DNA of 59,660 nt, counting the filler. It is 5 parts of 5 records of this genome, joined end to end, with 100 filler letters (N's around TTAATTAATTAA, not from the genome) between each part and the next. Parts side by side here need not be neighbours in the genome. Positions count along the whole stretch, not along the records: positions 17,669 to 38,391 come from SRR31156797_11173; positions 38,492 to 44,303 come from SRR31156797_11177; 3 more parts are not named here. The stretch is one strand, 5' to 3'. The notes under the pieces were generated by a model. It saw nothing but the letters and a program-made list of their open reading frames with translations. It was not told where the DNA came from and did no database searches. Shown here piece by piece: positions 28,872 to 39,145 of this stretch. Each line of letters begins with the position of its first letter. The first letter of the stretch is position 1. The position numbers and the translations under genes were made by a program.

Positions 28872-29596
28872 AAGTCCTCATATCAGAAGACGATCCGTTT
28901 CACCGATCGTTCCTGAAAAGCGCCGTCGAGCACGCGCTTCCGGAATGCGGGCAGATTTTCGAAGCGCAAGACGGACAGGAGGCGATCGAAATTGTTGCCG
29001 CCAACGACATCGGCGCAATCATCATGGACCTGCAAATGCCGCGGGCCAGCGGCGTCGATGCCGCCAAGGAAATCTGGCGCCGGCGTCCGGACATGCGCAT
29101 CCTTTTCTGGTCGAATTATGCCGACGAAGCTTATGTCCGGGGCGTTTCGCGCATTGTCCCGTCCGGCGCCGTGTACGGGTACCTGTTGAAATCGGCCAGC
29201 GAAGACAGCCTGGAAATGGCCGTGCGCGGCGTTTTTCTCGAAGATCAATGCATCATCGATCGCGAGGTCCGCGGCGTTCAGCAGCGCTCGGAAAACATTC
29301 TCGAAGGGCTTACGGATTCCGAATTCGAGGTCCTGATGGATATCGCCCTGGGCATGACCGACAAGGCGATCGCGGCGCGACGGCAAATTTCGACCCGCGG
29401 TGTCCAAAGCCGCCTGAAACATCTTTACGAGAAGCTGGGAATCGATCAGCGCGAGGCCGACCCCGCGTTCGGGCCGGTGTTCAATTCACGGACCCGCGCC
29501 GTCGCCGTGGCGATTTCACGGGGCCTTTTGAATGTAAACGGGCTGGCGGCCGGTCAGGACGAACTCGAAAGATGGCTCGAATCCGAGGATCGCTGA
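28868..29596 (+). CDS. NarL/LuxR family response regulator
   Basis: EDD, MDLQMP, GYLLK receiver motifs; LTDSEFEVL..IALGMTDKAIA HTH; ATGA overlap with the kinase. Confidence 0.92.
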   Translation: MKVLISEDDPFHRSFLKSAVEHALPECGQIFEAQDGQEAIEIVAANDIGAIIMDLQMPRASGVDAAKEIWRRRPDMRILFWSNYADEAYVRGVSRIVPSGAVYGYLLKSASEDSLEMAVRGVFLEDQCIIDREVRGVQQRSENILEGLTDSEFEVLMDIALGMTDKAIAARRQISTRGVQSRLKHLYEKLGIDQREADPAFGPVFNSRTRAVAVAISRGLLNVNGLAAGQDELERWLESEDR

Positions 29597-29639
29597 AATA
29601 CGCAGATCGGCGGTTCTTCGTCCCCGGCGCGGCGGCGAA

Positions 29640-29706
29640 GGCGGAAACCGCAAAATCCCGAACTGCGGAAACCCGCATTTCGCCCGGCGCATTTGCGCAG
29701 CATTAT
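29640..29706 (+). promoter_or_regulatory. Candidate activator boxes plus -10 for the ABC transporter operon
   Basis: GGCGGAAACCGCA (29640) and TGCGGAAACCCGCA (29664-29677), with CATTAT 23 nt after the second box. Confidence 0.55.
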
Positions 29707-29899
29707 TGGTGGTTGCGCCGCATACATGGAGGCTGCTTTTTTCTAGTTTTTCAGGGATATCAATAGGGGCTTTCCGGTCGGTGCGGGAAAAAAACGGCAA
29801 CCGCCCAAACCCGACACGACGACACCGCAGTAAAAAAAAGAACCAGGCGCATGGCCTGCGCGGTGCGGCGAAGGGAAGCGAAAACAGCTGGAGGCTGAC

Positions 29900-30919
29900 A
29901 TGACGAAGTTCAAACTATCCGCGTTGGCGATCGGCGTGGCCATTGGGGCCATGGCTCTTTCTCATGGGGCCTTGGCCGACACGTCGGGCAAGCGAATTGC
30001 CCTTTCGAACAACTATGCCGGCAATTCCTGGCGGCAGGCCATGCTGAAAAGCTGGGACAAGGTCGGGAAAAAGGCGGTCGCCGATGGCGTCATCGCCGCG
30101 GCCGATGCGTTCACGACAGCGGAAAACCAGGTGACCGAACAGGCCGCCCAGATCCAGAACCTGATCATTCAGGGTTACGACGCGATCGTCATCAACGCCG
30201 CGTCGCCGGATGCCCTCAACGGGTCCGTGCAGCAGGCCTGCGACGCCGGAATCACGGTCGTATCGTTCGACGGCATCGTCACCGCGCCGTGCGCCTGGCG
30301 GATTGCCGTCAACTTCAAGCAGATGGGCAAGGAAGAAGTCATCTATCTGGCGAAAAAGCTGCCGCAAGGCGGAAACCTGCTTGAGATTCGCGGACTTGCC
30401 GGGGTTTTTGTCGACGACGAGATCAGCGCCGGTATTCATGAAGGCGTGAAGGAAAATCCCCAGTTCAAGGTGGTCGGTTCCGTTCACGGTGATTGGGCCC
30501 AGGACGTGTCGCAGAAGGCCGTCGCCGGAATCCTGCCGTCCCTGCCGAAAGTCGACGGTGTCGTCACCCAGGGTGGCGACGGCTACGGTGCCGCCCAGGC
30601 GTTCAAGGCGGCCGGTCGTCCGATGCCGCTGATCATCATGGGCAATCGTCAGGACGAATTGCAGTGGTGGAAGGAACAGAAGGACGCCAACGGCTACGAA
30701 ACCATGTCCGTTTCCATCGCGCCGGGCGTCTCCACCCTGGCCATGTGGGTGGCGCAACAGATTCTCGATGGTGCCGACGTGCCGAAGGATCTGGTCGTGC
30801 CGTTCCTGAGGGTCGACCAATTCGACCTTGAGGAAAAACTGGGCAGAACCGAGGTCGGTGGCGTCGCCAATGTCGAATACGCATTGGAAGACGCGAAAAA
30901 AGTCATCGCCGGAAAATAG
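29900..30919 (+). CDS. Sugar ABC transporter substrate-binding protein
   Basis: Signal peptide, periplasmic binding protein type 1 motifs (AGITVVSFD); GGAGG RBS. Confidence 0.92.
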   Translation: MTKFKLSALAIGVAIGAMALSHGALADTSGKRIALSNNYAGNSWRQAMLKSWDKVGKKAVADGVIAAADAFTTAENQVTEQAAQIQNLIIQGYDAIVINAASPDALNGSVQQACDAGITVVSFDGIVTAPCAWRIAVNFKQMGKEEVIYLAKKLPQGGNLLEIRGLAGVFVDDEISAGIHEGVKENPQFKVVGSVHGDWAQDVSQKAVAGILPSLPKVDGVVTQGGDGYGAAQAFKAAGRPMPLIIMGNRQDELQWWKEQKDANGYETMSVSIAPGVSTLAMWVAQQILDGADVPKDLVVPFLRVDQFDLEEKLGRTEVGGVANVEYALEDAKKVIAGK

Positions 30920-30973
30920 CCTCCCGGAAGACCGGCAATCGGGATATTGTCGATCCCGGTGGGGGGACGAACA

Positions 30974-32446
30974 ATGAGCGAAGACTCGAGCTTGATCGTC
31001 AAACTGGACGGCGTTGAAAAAAGTTTTGGCGCCGTCCGCGCCCTTGCCGGTGTCGATCTGGATATCCTTGCCGGACAGTGCCTTGGACTTGTCGGCCATA
31101 ACGGCGCCGGCAAGTCCACTTTGATGAATATCCTGGCCGGGACCCAGCCTTTGGGCGGCGGCCGGATGATATTCGACGGTGCCGACCTGGGGGCGGGATA
31201 CGGCGTCGATACGGCGCATGATCACGGCATCCGGTGCGTATTCCAGGAACTTTCCCTCTGCCCCAACCTGACCATCGTCGAAAACACGCGAATCATGCAT
31301 CCGTCCGTCAGCGGCGCCGGTTGGCGGCGGGTCGCCCGTTTGCTCATTCAGGAAAAGCTTGAGGAAATATTCCCCGATCACGGGATCGACCCGGACAGCC
31401 TGGTTGGGGATCTGTCGATCGCGCGGCGGCAGATGGTCGAGATCGCGCGCGCCTTCACGGTTTTGGATTCGCCCCTGCACCTGGTCATTCTCGACGAACC
31501 GACATCGTCCCTCGACGCTTCGATCGCCGAGCAATTGCTGGCGCACGTCCGCAGGTTCGTTGCCGAAGGCGGCGCCTGTGTTCTGATCTCCCACCTGCTG
31601 GAGGAAATTCTGCAGACCGCCGATCGCATCATCGTCATGCGCGACGGCGCCGTTGTCGACGCCCGGGCGGCGGCAGGGTTCACGCGCAATTCGCTGGTCG
31701 AGGCGATGGGCAGCGTCGCCAAGGACCAGGAGCTTTCCGGTACCGGCTTTTCGTCGAAACGCGGGCAAGGCGAACCGGTGATTGCGGCCAAGCCGCCCCG
31801 GCAGACCAACGGCCTGCGGCTGAGCGCGCACCGCGGCGAGATCGTCGGACTGGCCGGATTGAGCGGGCACGGCCAGACCGAAACCCTGGTTCAGATTTTC
31901 ATGGAAAGGAAAAAGGGCCATCGCATCGGCGGCAAGCCGCTTCGCATGGCGATGGTTCCGGGCGACCGCCAAACCGATGGTGTTTTTCACCTCTGGTCGA
32001 TCGGCCAGAACATCAGCGTCGGATCGATCCGGCACCTTATCCGCCGCGGTTTGCTGGACCTCGATCGGGAGAAGGCATTGGCCAATGAATGGCGCCGGAA
32101 GATCGCCATTCGGACGCCCGATATCGACGACAACATCCTTTCCCTGTCGGGCGGCAACCAACAGAAAGCGCTTTTCGCCCGGGCCCTCGGGTCGCCGGCG
32201 GAAGTCATCCTGATGGACGATCCCATGCGCGGGGTTGATATCGGAACCAAACAGGAAGTGTATGAAATGATACGGGAAGAAGCCGCAACCGGCCGGACCT
32301 TCATATGGTACACGACCGAGATGGACGAACTTGGACAGTGCGATCACGTCTATGTCTTCCGCAACGGCTCGATCGTGGCGGATCTGGCCCGGGATGAACT
32401 GACCGAGCAAAAAGTCCTGCAGGCATCCTTCGAGGAGGCATCCTGA
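30974..32446 (+). CDS. Sugar ABC transporter ATP-binding protein (CUT2, two NBDs)
   Basis: [26 protein letters not shown]. Confidence 0.93.
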   Translation: MSEDSSLIVKLDGVEKSFGAVRALAGVDLDILAGQCLGLVGHNGAGKSTLMNILAGTQPLGGGRMIFDGADLGAGYGVDTAHDHGIRCVFQELSLCPNLTIVENTRIMHPSVSGAGWRRVARLLIQEKLEEIFPDHGIDPDSLVGDLSIARRQMVEIARAFTVLDSPLHLVILDEPTSSLDASIAEQLLAHVRRFVAEGGACVLISHLLEEILQTADRIIVMRDGAVVDARAAAGFTRNSLVEAMGSVAKDQELSGTGFSSKRGQGEPVIAAKPPRQTNGLRLSAHRGEIVGLAGLSGHGQTETLVQIFMERKKGHRIGGKPLRMAMVPGDRQTDGVFHLWSIGQNISVGSIRHLIRRGLLDLDREKALANEWRRKIAIRTPDIDDNILSLSGGNQQKALFARALGSPAEVILMDDPMRGVDIGTKQEVYEMIREEAATGRTFIWYTTEMDELGQCDHVYVFRNGSIVADLARDELTEQKVLQASFEEAS

Positions 32447-33381
32447 TGCCCAGCCTTATCTCGTCGCGGATGCTGCGCAATCTTCTTCCGGCTTTTTCGC
32501 TGACCGTCATCCTGTTGGCGATTTTCTATCTGCAACCGCGGGCGATGAGCTATGTCGGGCTCAACCTGCTGCTCAATCTTGCCCTTCCGATCGCGTTTGC
32601 GACCTTGGCCCAGATGTGCATTCTGACCGTCAACGACCTCGATCTCGGGATTGGATCCTTTGTCGGGTTCGTTGCCTGCATCGGCGCCACCTGGTTGCAC
32701 GACACGCCGTTGCTGGGGATCGCGGCCCTGGCCGGCTGTGTCGTTGCGTATGGCGCGCTCGGCGCGCTTATTCATGTCCGCGGGCTGCCGTCGATCGTCG
32801 TGACGTTGGGCATGTCGTTCGTCTGGCTCGGTTTGGCATTGCTGGTTCTGCCGACGCCCGGCGGCAAGGCGCCGGACTGGATCCGGGCGGTGATGAGCCT
32901 GAAGACGCCTTTCCTTCCGGTCACGATCTACGTTTCGGTCATCGTCGCGGCGATCGTGCATTTCGCGCTTATGCGGTCCGCCTACGGAGTCGTATTGCGC
33001 GGAACCGGCGGCAACCCCCGTTCGGTTGCCCGCGCCGGCTGGTCGTTGCTGCGGGCGAAAATCACCATGTACGCCGCGGCCGGGTTTTTCGGGGTGCTTA
33101 GCGGGATATCGCTGATCGGCCTGACAACCTCGGCCGATGCCAATATCGCGCTGCGCTATACGCTGCTGTCGATCGCCGGCGTCATCCTCGGCGGCGGCGA
33201 ATTCGTCGGCGGGCGGGTATCGCCGATCGGTGCCGTTTTGGGCGCCATGACGCTGACGCTGGCCGGGTCCTTCCTGTCGTTTCTGCGGATTTCGCCGGAT
33301 TGGCAGATCGGCGCCCAGGGCGGCATCCTGATCATCGTTCTGGCCCTGCGGGCCTTGATCAACCGGGCGGAGGCGAAGTGA
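32446..33381 (+). CDS. Sugar ABC transporter permease
   Basis: DLDLGIG, SIVVTLG, SIAGVILGG; hydrophobic. Confidence 0.92.
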   Translation: MPSLISSRMLRNLLPAFSLTVILLAIFYLQPRAMSYVGLNLLLNLALPIAFATLAQMCILTVNDLDLGIGSFVGFVACIGATWLHDTPLLGIAALAGCVVAYGALGALIHVRGLPSIVVTLGMSFVWLGLALLVLPTPGGKAPDWIRAVMSLKTPFLPVTIYVSVIVAAIVHFALMRSAYGVVLRGTGGNPRSVARAGWSLLRAKITMYAAAGFFGVLSGISLIGLTTSADANIALRYTLLSIAGVILGGGEFVGGRVSPIGAVLGAMTLTLAGSFLSFLRISPDWQIGAQGGILIIVLALRALINRAEAK

Positions 33382-34340
33382 CCGTCATGTTGGCTGGACG
33401 TCTGAATGCATTGTTCGAGAAACCCTGGATCTGGGCCTATCTGGGCGCCGTCGTCGTCTGGGTGGCGACCATCGTGTTCACGGGCGGCCAGGGTGCCACC
33501 GAAATTCTAACAGCGGCTTTGTCGTTTGCCACATTCTCGGTGATCGTCGGCATCGGACAGATGCATGTCATCACGTTGGGTCCCGGCAACGTCGACCTTT
33601 CGATCCCGGCGACCATGACGTTCGCCGGCGCCGTATCGATGAAGATCATGAATACGCAGGACGTGATGATCGTTCCCGGTCTTTTGATTGCGCTGGCCTG
33701 CGGCGGCGCAGTCGGCATATTCAATTACGGCCTTATCCGGGCCCTGCGCATTCCGCCGATCATCGCGACCCTGTCGTCCAGTTTCCTGGTCATGTCCTCG
33801 GCGATCGCCTATGGACGCGGCATCAAAATCAAACCGCCGCCGATTCTGGCCGACTTCGCGACCGCGAAATTTTTCGGCGTTCCGGTTCTGGCCGTATGCA
33901 TCATCGTGCTGGCGGCGGTGATGAGCATCGTCCTGCATCGGACCATATACGGCCGTTCCGTCATCGCCATCGGGCAGAACCCCAGAGCGGCCCAGCTGGC
34001 CGGCGTTTCGGTCGGGTTCACCCGCTTCGCCACCTACGTCCTGTCGGCCGTTTTGGCCGGGCTTTGCGGCTATCTTCTGTCCGGTTTTTCAGGCGGCGCC
34101 GCCTTGAACATGGGGGCGGAATACCTGTTGGCCTCGATTGCCGTCGTCGTTATCGGGGGAACGTCGGTTGCCGGCGGATTTGCCAACCTGCCCGGGCTTT
34201 GGGGCGCCGCCATGTTCATGTTCCTGCTGGTGACCATGCTCAACACCTTCGGGCTGAGCGCGGGCATCCGGCTGATCCTGACCGGGGCGATCATCGTCGG
34301 CGTCATCACGCTGGCCGGCGGTCGGCGGGCCGAGACCTAG
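33378..34340 (+). CDS. Sugar ABC transporter permease
   Basis: VDLSIP, IPPIIATL, GQNPRAAQLAGV, SIAVVVIGGTS; GTG 33378 or ATG 33387 start. Confidence 0.92.
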   Translation: MTVMLAGRLNALFEKPWIWAYLGAVVVWVATIVFTGGQGATEILTAALSFATFSVIVGIGQMHVITLGPGNVDLSIPATMTFAGAVSMKIMNTQDVMIVPGLLIALACGGAVGIFNYGLIRALRIPPIIATLSSSFLVMSSAIAYGRGIKIKPPPILADFATAKFFGVPVLAVCIIVLAAVMSIVLHRTIYGRSVIAIGQNPRAAQLAGVSVGFTRFATYVLSAVLAGLCGYLLSGFSGGAALNMGAEYLLASIAVVVIGGTSVAGGFANLPGLWGAAMFMFLLVTMLNTFGLSAGIRLILTGAIIVGVITLAGGRRAET

Positions 34341-34903
34341 AGCACTTTCCGACCAAATAGAATCAATTCTGATGGCTCCGGGTGCGATGGTCCGCCAGGC
34401 GCGCGGACCCGACGCGCCGCCCGAACCGGACCGGCATTTCCGCCGTCGGTAGGGGTGTCTCCGGAACAAGGCGTTTTTCCACAATATGAGAAGTTGAATT
34501 CCATCGTCCATGCCATTGGCCATATTGACCGCATGACATGGAGCCGCCGTCAAACGTCGTCAAAAATGCGGATGTCCTTAAATTGCGTCGATAAGGCCAA
34601 TATAACCCCGAAAAGAAGGTAAAAATCGGCTAAAAGGCAAGAAGAGGGCCGCGATCCGATTTGGCGTCAATTCCGCAAGCGTGGCCGGAGGCCCGACCAA
34701 TAAAAGGTGAATCGTCCATATTTTTGACGGAATGCTGTCTTCCTTCCCAGGGCAGTTCCGGCAAAATAGGCTAACCAAAGCAAACAATAAAATCACGTCA
34801 CATCAAGCGGGCGCCGGGAATACCGGCGAACCGTCAACGGGGGAGTTTGCGCTCAAATCCAAAGTTTCTTTGACAGTGTGTCCACACCTTATGGGGAGGT
34901 ATT

Positions 34904-35821
34904 ATGACAACTTTCAAACACTTAGCGGGAATCGTTGCCGGTGCAACACTTCTCGCGTCCAGCGCCTTGGCGGCGGACGTAACCATCGGTTTCTCGCAGG
35001 TTGGCGACGAAGGCGATTGGCGTCCGGCGTTTTCGAAAGACATGCAGGAAGACGCCAAGAAGCGGGGCATTAACCTCAAGTTCGCCGACGCGCAAGGCAG
35101 GCAGGAGGAGCAGCTCAAGGCGGTCCGCGCCTTCATCGCACAGCGGGTCGATGCGATCATCATCGCGCCCGTCGTGGTGACCGGCTGGGATCAGGTGCTG
35201 AAAGAGGCCAAGAGGGCGAAGATTCCGGTCTTCCTGGCCGACCGTGACGTCGAAGTAACCGACAAGTCCCTGTTTGTCACCCGCATTTCGGCCGACTTCA
35301 ATCTTGAAGGCAAACTGGCCGGTGCCTGGCTGGCGGCGGCCAGCAAGGGCGAATGCGATATCGTCGAATTGCAGGGCACCGTTGGTTCGGCCCCGGCGAT
35401 CGAACGCAAGAAGGGCTTCGAGGCCGTCGTCAAGAATTTCCCGGGCATGAAGATCGTCAAGACGCAGAGCGGCGACTTCACGACCGAGGGCGGCAAGAAG
35501 GTGATGGAGGCGTTCATCAAGGCGACCGACAACCTGAAGGGCATTTGTGCATCCTTCGCGCATAACGACAACATGCAGCTGGGCGCCATCCAGGCCATGA
35601 AGGAAGCCGGCCTGAAGCCCGGCAAGGACGTACAGATGGTGTCCGTCGACTATGTGCCGGCCATCAAGAAGGCGCTGGCGGCGGGCGATGCCAATGCTTC
35701 CGTCGAGCTGCGCTCGGCGATCGGCAAGTTCATCTATCCGGTGGTGCTCGACTATCTGAAAAACCCGAAAGAGCTGCCGAAATGGATCGTCATTCCGTCC
35801 GATCTGCACACGGCGATGTGA
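34904..35821 (+). CDS. ytfQ: Sugar ABC substrate-binding protein, YtfQ (galactofuranose)-like
   Basis: IGFSQVG.E.DWR, DAQGRQEEQLKAVRAFIAQRVDAI, AHNDNM; GGAGG RBS. Confidence 0.8.
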   Translation: MTTFKHLAGIVAGATLLASSALAADVTIGFSQVGDEGDWRPAFSKDMQEDAKKRGINLKFADAQGRQEEQLKAVRAFIAQRVDAIIIAPVVVTGWDQVLKEAKRAKIPVFLADRDVEVTDKSLFVTRISADFNLEGKLAGAWLAAASKGECDIVELQGTVGSAPAIERKKGFEAVVKNFPGMKIVKTQSGDFTTEGGKKVMEAFIKATDNLKGICASFAHNDNMQLGAIQAMKEAGLKPGKDVQMVSVDYVPAIKKALAAGDANASVELRSAIGKFIYPVVLDYLKNPKELPKWIVIPSDLHTAM

Positions 35822-35972
35822 TGGGGGCCATTCGCGATTTTTGAACGCGAATAAAAGGGCGGCGCCCGGCCGGGTGTCCGGCGGGCGCCGCTCCCTCGAT
35901 TGTCCTCGTTGCCGGGTTCTTTAAATAATTTTCGATTTGAAAAATAATATCGGTGCATGTGGGGAAGCGGCG

Positions 35973-37478
35973 GTGACGGATTCTTCTGACCTTCGAGTAG
36001 AGATGCGGGGCGTATCGAAGACGTTTCCGGGCGTCCGGGCGCTGGACAAGGTCGACCTGCAACTGAAAGCCGGCGAGGTGCACGCGCTGCTCGGCGAAAA
36101 CGGCGCCGGCAAGTCGACCCTGATCAAGACCCTGACCGGTGCCCTGCAACGCGACGAGGGCGAAATCTTCCTCGACGGCAACCCCGTCGACGTCCATACC
36201 ACCGCCGAAACCCAGGCGTTGGGCATCAGCACCGTCTATCAGGAAGTCAATCTGGTTCCGACCCTGTCGGTCACCAAAAATTTGACGTTGGAACGCCAGC
36301 CGCGACGCTTTGGCATTATCTCCTGGCGCCGGGCGCGGGAACTTGCGCGCCAACGGCTGGCGCGCCTCAACCTCGACATCGACACGGAACGCCCCCTCGG
36401 CTCCTACTCGGTGGCGGTCCAGCAATTGATCGCGATCGCCCGGGCCTTGGAGGACGATACGCGGGTCCTGGTGCTCGACGAACCGACCGCCAGCCTCGAT
36501 TCACACGAGACCGAGCTATTGTTCAATATCGTGCGCGATCTTAAATCGCACGGCATCGCCATCGTTTTCATCACGCATTTCATCGATCAGGTCTATCAGA
36601 TTTCCGACCGCATCTCGGTGCTGCGCAACGGCCGCATGGTCGGCACGGCGCTGACCGCCGAACTGCCGCGCCTGAAGCTGATTTCAATGATGATTGGCCG
36701 CGAGTTGGAAGCCGTCGAGGCGAAATTGGCGAGCGACAAGTCGTCGGCGGGCGGCGAACCGGTAATGGTTGCCGAAGGGCTGGGCCGCGGACGCACGATG
36801 GCGCCCTTCGATCTTTCCTTGCGCGCCGGCGAGGTTGTCGGGCTGGCCGGCCTTCTCGGGTCCGGGCGCACCGAAACCGCCAAGCTTCTGTTCGGGGCGA
36901 TCCGGGCGGATTCCGGGAAAATGAAGGTGAACGGCAAGGCCGTTTCGCACAATACGCCGCGAAATTCCCTGCGTAACGGCGTCACCTTCAGTCCGGAGGA
37001 CCGCAAGGCCGAAGGGTTGGTTGGCGAGCTCAGCGTGCGGGAGAACATCCTTCTGAGCCTGCAGGCGAAACGCGGCTGGCTGCGCCGGCTTTGGAACGAC
37101 GAACAGAAACGGCTTACCGACGAGATGATCGAGGCTCTGGCGATTGCGACGCCGGACGCGGAAAAGCCGGTCGGGCAGCTGTCCGGCGGCAATCAGCAAA
37201 AGGTGGTTCTGGCGCGCGCCCTGGTATCGGAGCCCGAGGTCCTGATCCTCGACGAACCGACGCGCGGCATCGACGTCGGCGCCCATGCCGAGGTGGTGGC
37301 GCTGATCCGACGTTTGTGCAGTCAGGGACTGGCGCTGCTGGTGGCGTCGTCGGAATTCGACGAACTGGTCGCGGTCGCCGATCGCGTCGCCGTGCTGCGG
37401 GATCGCCAAATGGTTGGGGAAATGTCCGGCGGCGACATTACCCGCGAAAACATCGTGCACATGATTGCCGACCGATGA
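35973..37478 (+). CDS. ytfR: Sugar ABC ATP-binding protein, YtfR-like
   Basis: [51 protein letters not shown]. Confidence 0.85.
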   Translation: MTDSSDLRVEMRGVSKTFPGVRALDKVDLQLKAGEVHALLGENGAGKSTLIKTLTGALQRDEGEIFLDGNPVDVHTTAETQALGISTVYQEVNLVPTLSVTKNLTLERQPRRFGIISWRRARELARQRLARLNLDIDTERPLGSYSVAVQQLIAIARALEDDTRVLVLDEPTASLDSHETELLFNIVRDLKSHGIAIVFITHFIDQVYQISDRISVLRNGRMVGTALTAELPRLKLISMMIGRELEAVEAKLASDKSSAGGEPVMVAEGLGRGRTMAPFDLSLRAGEVVGLAGLLGSGRTETAKLLFGAIRADSGKMKVNGKAVSHNTPRNSLRNGVTFSPEDRKAEGLVGELSVRENILLSLQAKRGWLRRLWNDEQKRLTDEMIEALAIATPDAEKPVGQLSGGNQQKVVLARALVSEPEVLILDEPTRGIDVGAHAEVVALIRRLCSQGLALLVASSEFDELVAVADRVAVLRDRQMVGEMSGGDITRENIVHMIADR

Positions 37479-38391
37479 ACACCGAACGAACCGTTTCAAT
37501 CGATTGCAGGCCGATGAGCACTGATCAACCCATGAACAAAGCACCGCAGACCATCGGAGAGCGCCTGCGGGTGCTGACCAGCAACCGGGCAACCTGGCCG
37601 CTTTTGGCGCTGGTTGTGATCCTGATTATCGACGGTTTCGTTGCCCCAGGTTTCTATAATATCCGGATCGTCGAGGGCCGCCTGTTCGGCAGCCTGATCG
37701 ACATTCTGTACCGGGCCGTGCCGCCGGCCCTGATCGCGCTCGGCATGGCGGTGGTGATCGGCAGCAAGGGGATCGATCTGTCGGTCGGTTCCATCGTTGC
37801 GGTGGTCGGCGCCACCATCGCCTGGCGCATCCACGCCGGGGATTCCCATTTCGCCATTCTGCTGATCGCGCTGGGCGTCGGTTTTCTGTGCGGCGCGTGG
37901 AATGGGTTCCTGGTCGCCGTGCTCGGCATCCAGCCGATCATTGCGACGCTGATCCTGATGGTGGCGGGCCGCGGAATCGGCCTGATGATCAACCTGATCT
38001 ACGGCGGCACCGACCCGAGTTTCCAAAGTGAGCTGCTGCAGGGGTTGAGCACCGGCAGCATCGGCCTGATCCCGACCCGCCTTTATCTGTTTGTCGTGCT
38101 TTTCATTGTTCTGTGGCTGGTCATCAGGCGTACCGCGCTGGGCCTGTTTATCGAATCCGTCGGCGGCAATCCGGCGGCGGCCAATCTGGCCGGCATCAAC
38201 GCGCGATTGATTACATTCTCCGCCTACGTGATATCGGGGCTGTGCACGGCCTGGGCCGGCATCATTCTGACCGCCGACGTGCACACCTCGGATCCGGTCA
38301 GCGTCGCCCTGTTCAGCGAACTCGATGCCATCCTGGCCGTCGTCATCGGCGGCGGGTCGTTGATGGGCGGACGCATCTATCTCGGCATGAC
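37475..38391 (+). CDS. ytfT: Sugar ABC permease, YtfT-like, 3'-truncated
   Basis: GRLFGSLIDIL, GIDLSVGS, IQPIIATLILMVAGRG, ELDAILAVVIGG; runs into the gap. Confidence 0.85.
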
Positions 38392-38491
38392 NNNNNNNNN
38401 NNNNNNNNNNNNNNNNNNNNNNNNNNNNNNNNNNNTTAATTAATTAANNNNNNNNNNNNNNNNNNNNNNNNNNNNNNNNNNNNNNNNNNNN
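38392..38491. other. Artificial contig spacer
   Basis: N44-TTAATTAATTAA-N44. Confidence 0.99.
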
Positions 38492-38492
38492 A

Positions 38493-39050
38493 TTACTTGC
38501 ACCTGTCTGTGGCCTGTTTTTCTACTGGGACACCCATACCGTTTATTTATGGCAGAAACAAATTTTAAATTTGTGGCAGGACGATGTATTGAACCTCGAT
38601 ACGTTTTCCAAGGCCATCGCCACAATCCCTACGCTTCCTCAACACACCCTGAAAGGCATGCTCATAACGCTTCCTATCACGGATAATTTGACCGAAGGCA
38701 TAGCTATTTCTCTAAATTACCGCCCGGCCGTCGTTGCGATATTTGATGCAATTACAGCTTGCCAGAAAGACGCTGTTTTGAACTTTACACTCTGCAGCTT
38801 ATTAGCTATTATCACACTTGTTTTCGCATCAATTCAAGGTTCCAATTACTTATTAATTGTATTGATTTTTGTCATTCCATTGTTTCAGATCGGTAAACGG
38901 CTCAGCTTCATCAGACTGAGTAGGTTTAAACATGAAATTAAAAATAAAAAAGAAAAGGATTTCGACTTAGGGCAATTCATAAAAATTGCAGCTAACCTAG
39001 ATTGGGGGAATATACCTGAAAAGCAAAAAAAATATTTTTTGTTTCATTAA
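38493..39050 (+). CDS. Hypothetical membrane protein, 5'-truncated
   Basis: Frame open from contig start (LLAPVCGLFFYWD...) into the 38571 ORF; two hydrophobic segments. Confidence 0.6.
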   Translation, partial: LLAPVCGLFFYWDTHTVYLWQKQILNLWQDDVLNLDTFSKAIATIPTLPQHTLKGMLITLPITDNLTEGIAISLNYRPAVVAIFDAITACQKDAVLNFTLCSLLAIITLVFASIQGSNYLLIVLIFVIPLFQIGKRLSFIRLSRFKHEIKNKKEKDFDLGQFIKIAANLDWGNIPEKQKKYFLFH

Positions 39051-39145
39051 TCCGGTTAATGTTTCAACAAGCTATGACTCTAAATCGGCATTCAAAAAAA
39101 ATGTAGCACAAAATACTTTCGATACAAAAAGGCAAGGAGAAAACC

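Noticed and set aside
32200-32240. Walker B variant LMDDP in the second NBD of the sugar ABC ATPase
   Set aside because: Degeneracy of one NBD is normal for CUT2 ATPases.
5985-32410. Long overlapping or antisense ORFs (e.g. 5985..8315, 12640..14313, 19218..21188, 24540..26084, 24667..26283, 29915..32410)
   Set aside because: Typical high-GC shadow frames overlapping well-supported genes, with no recognisable motifs.
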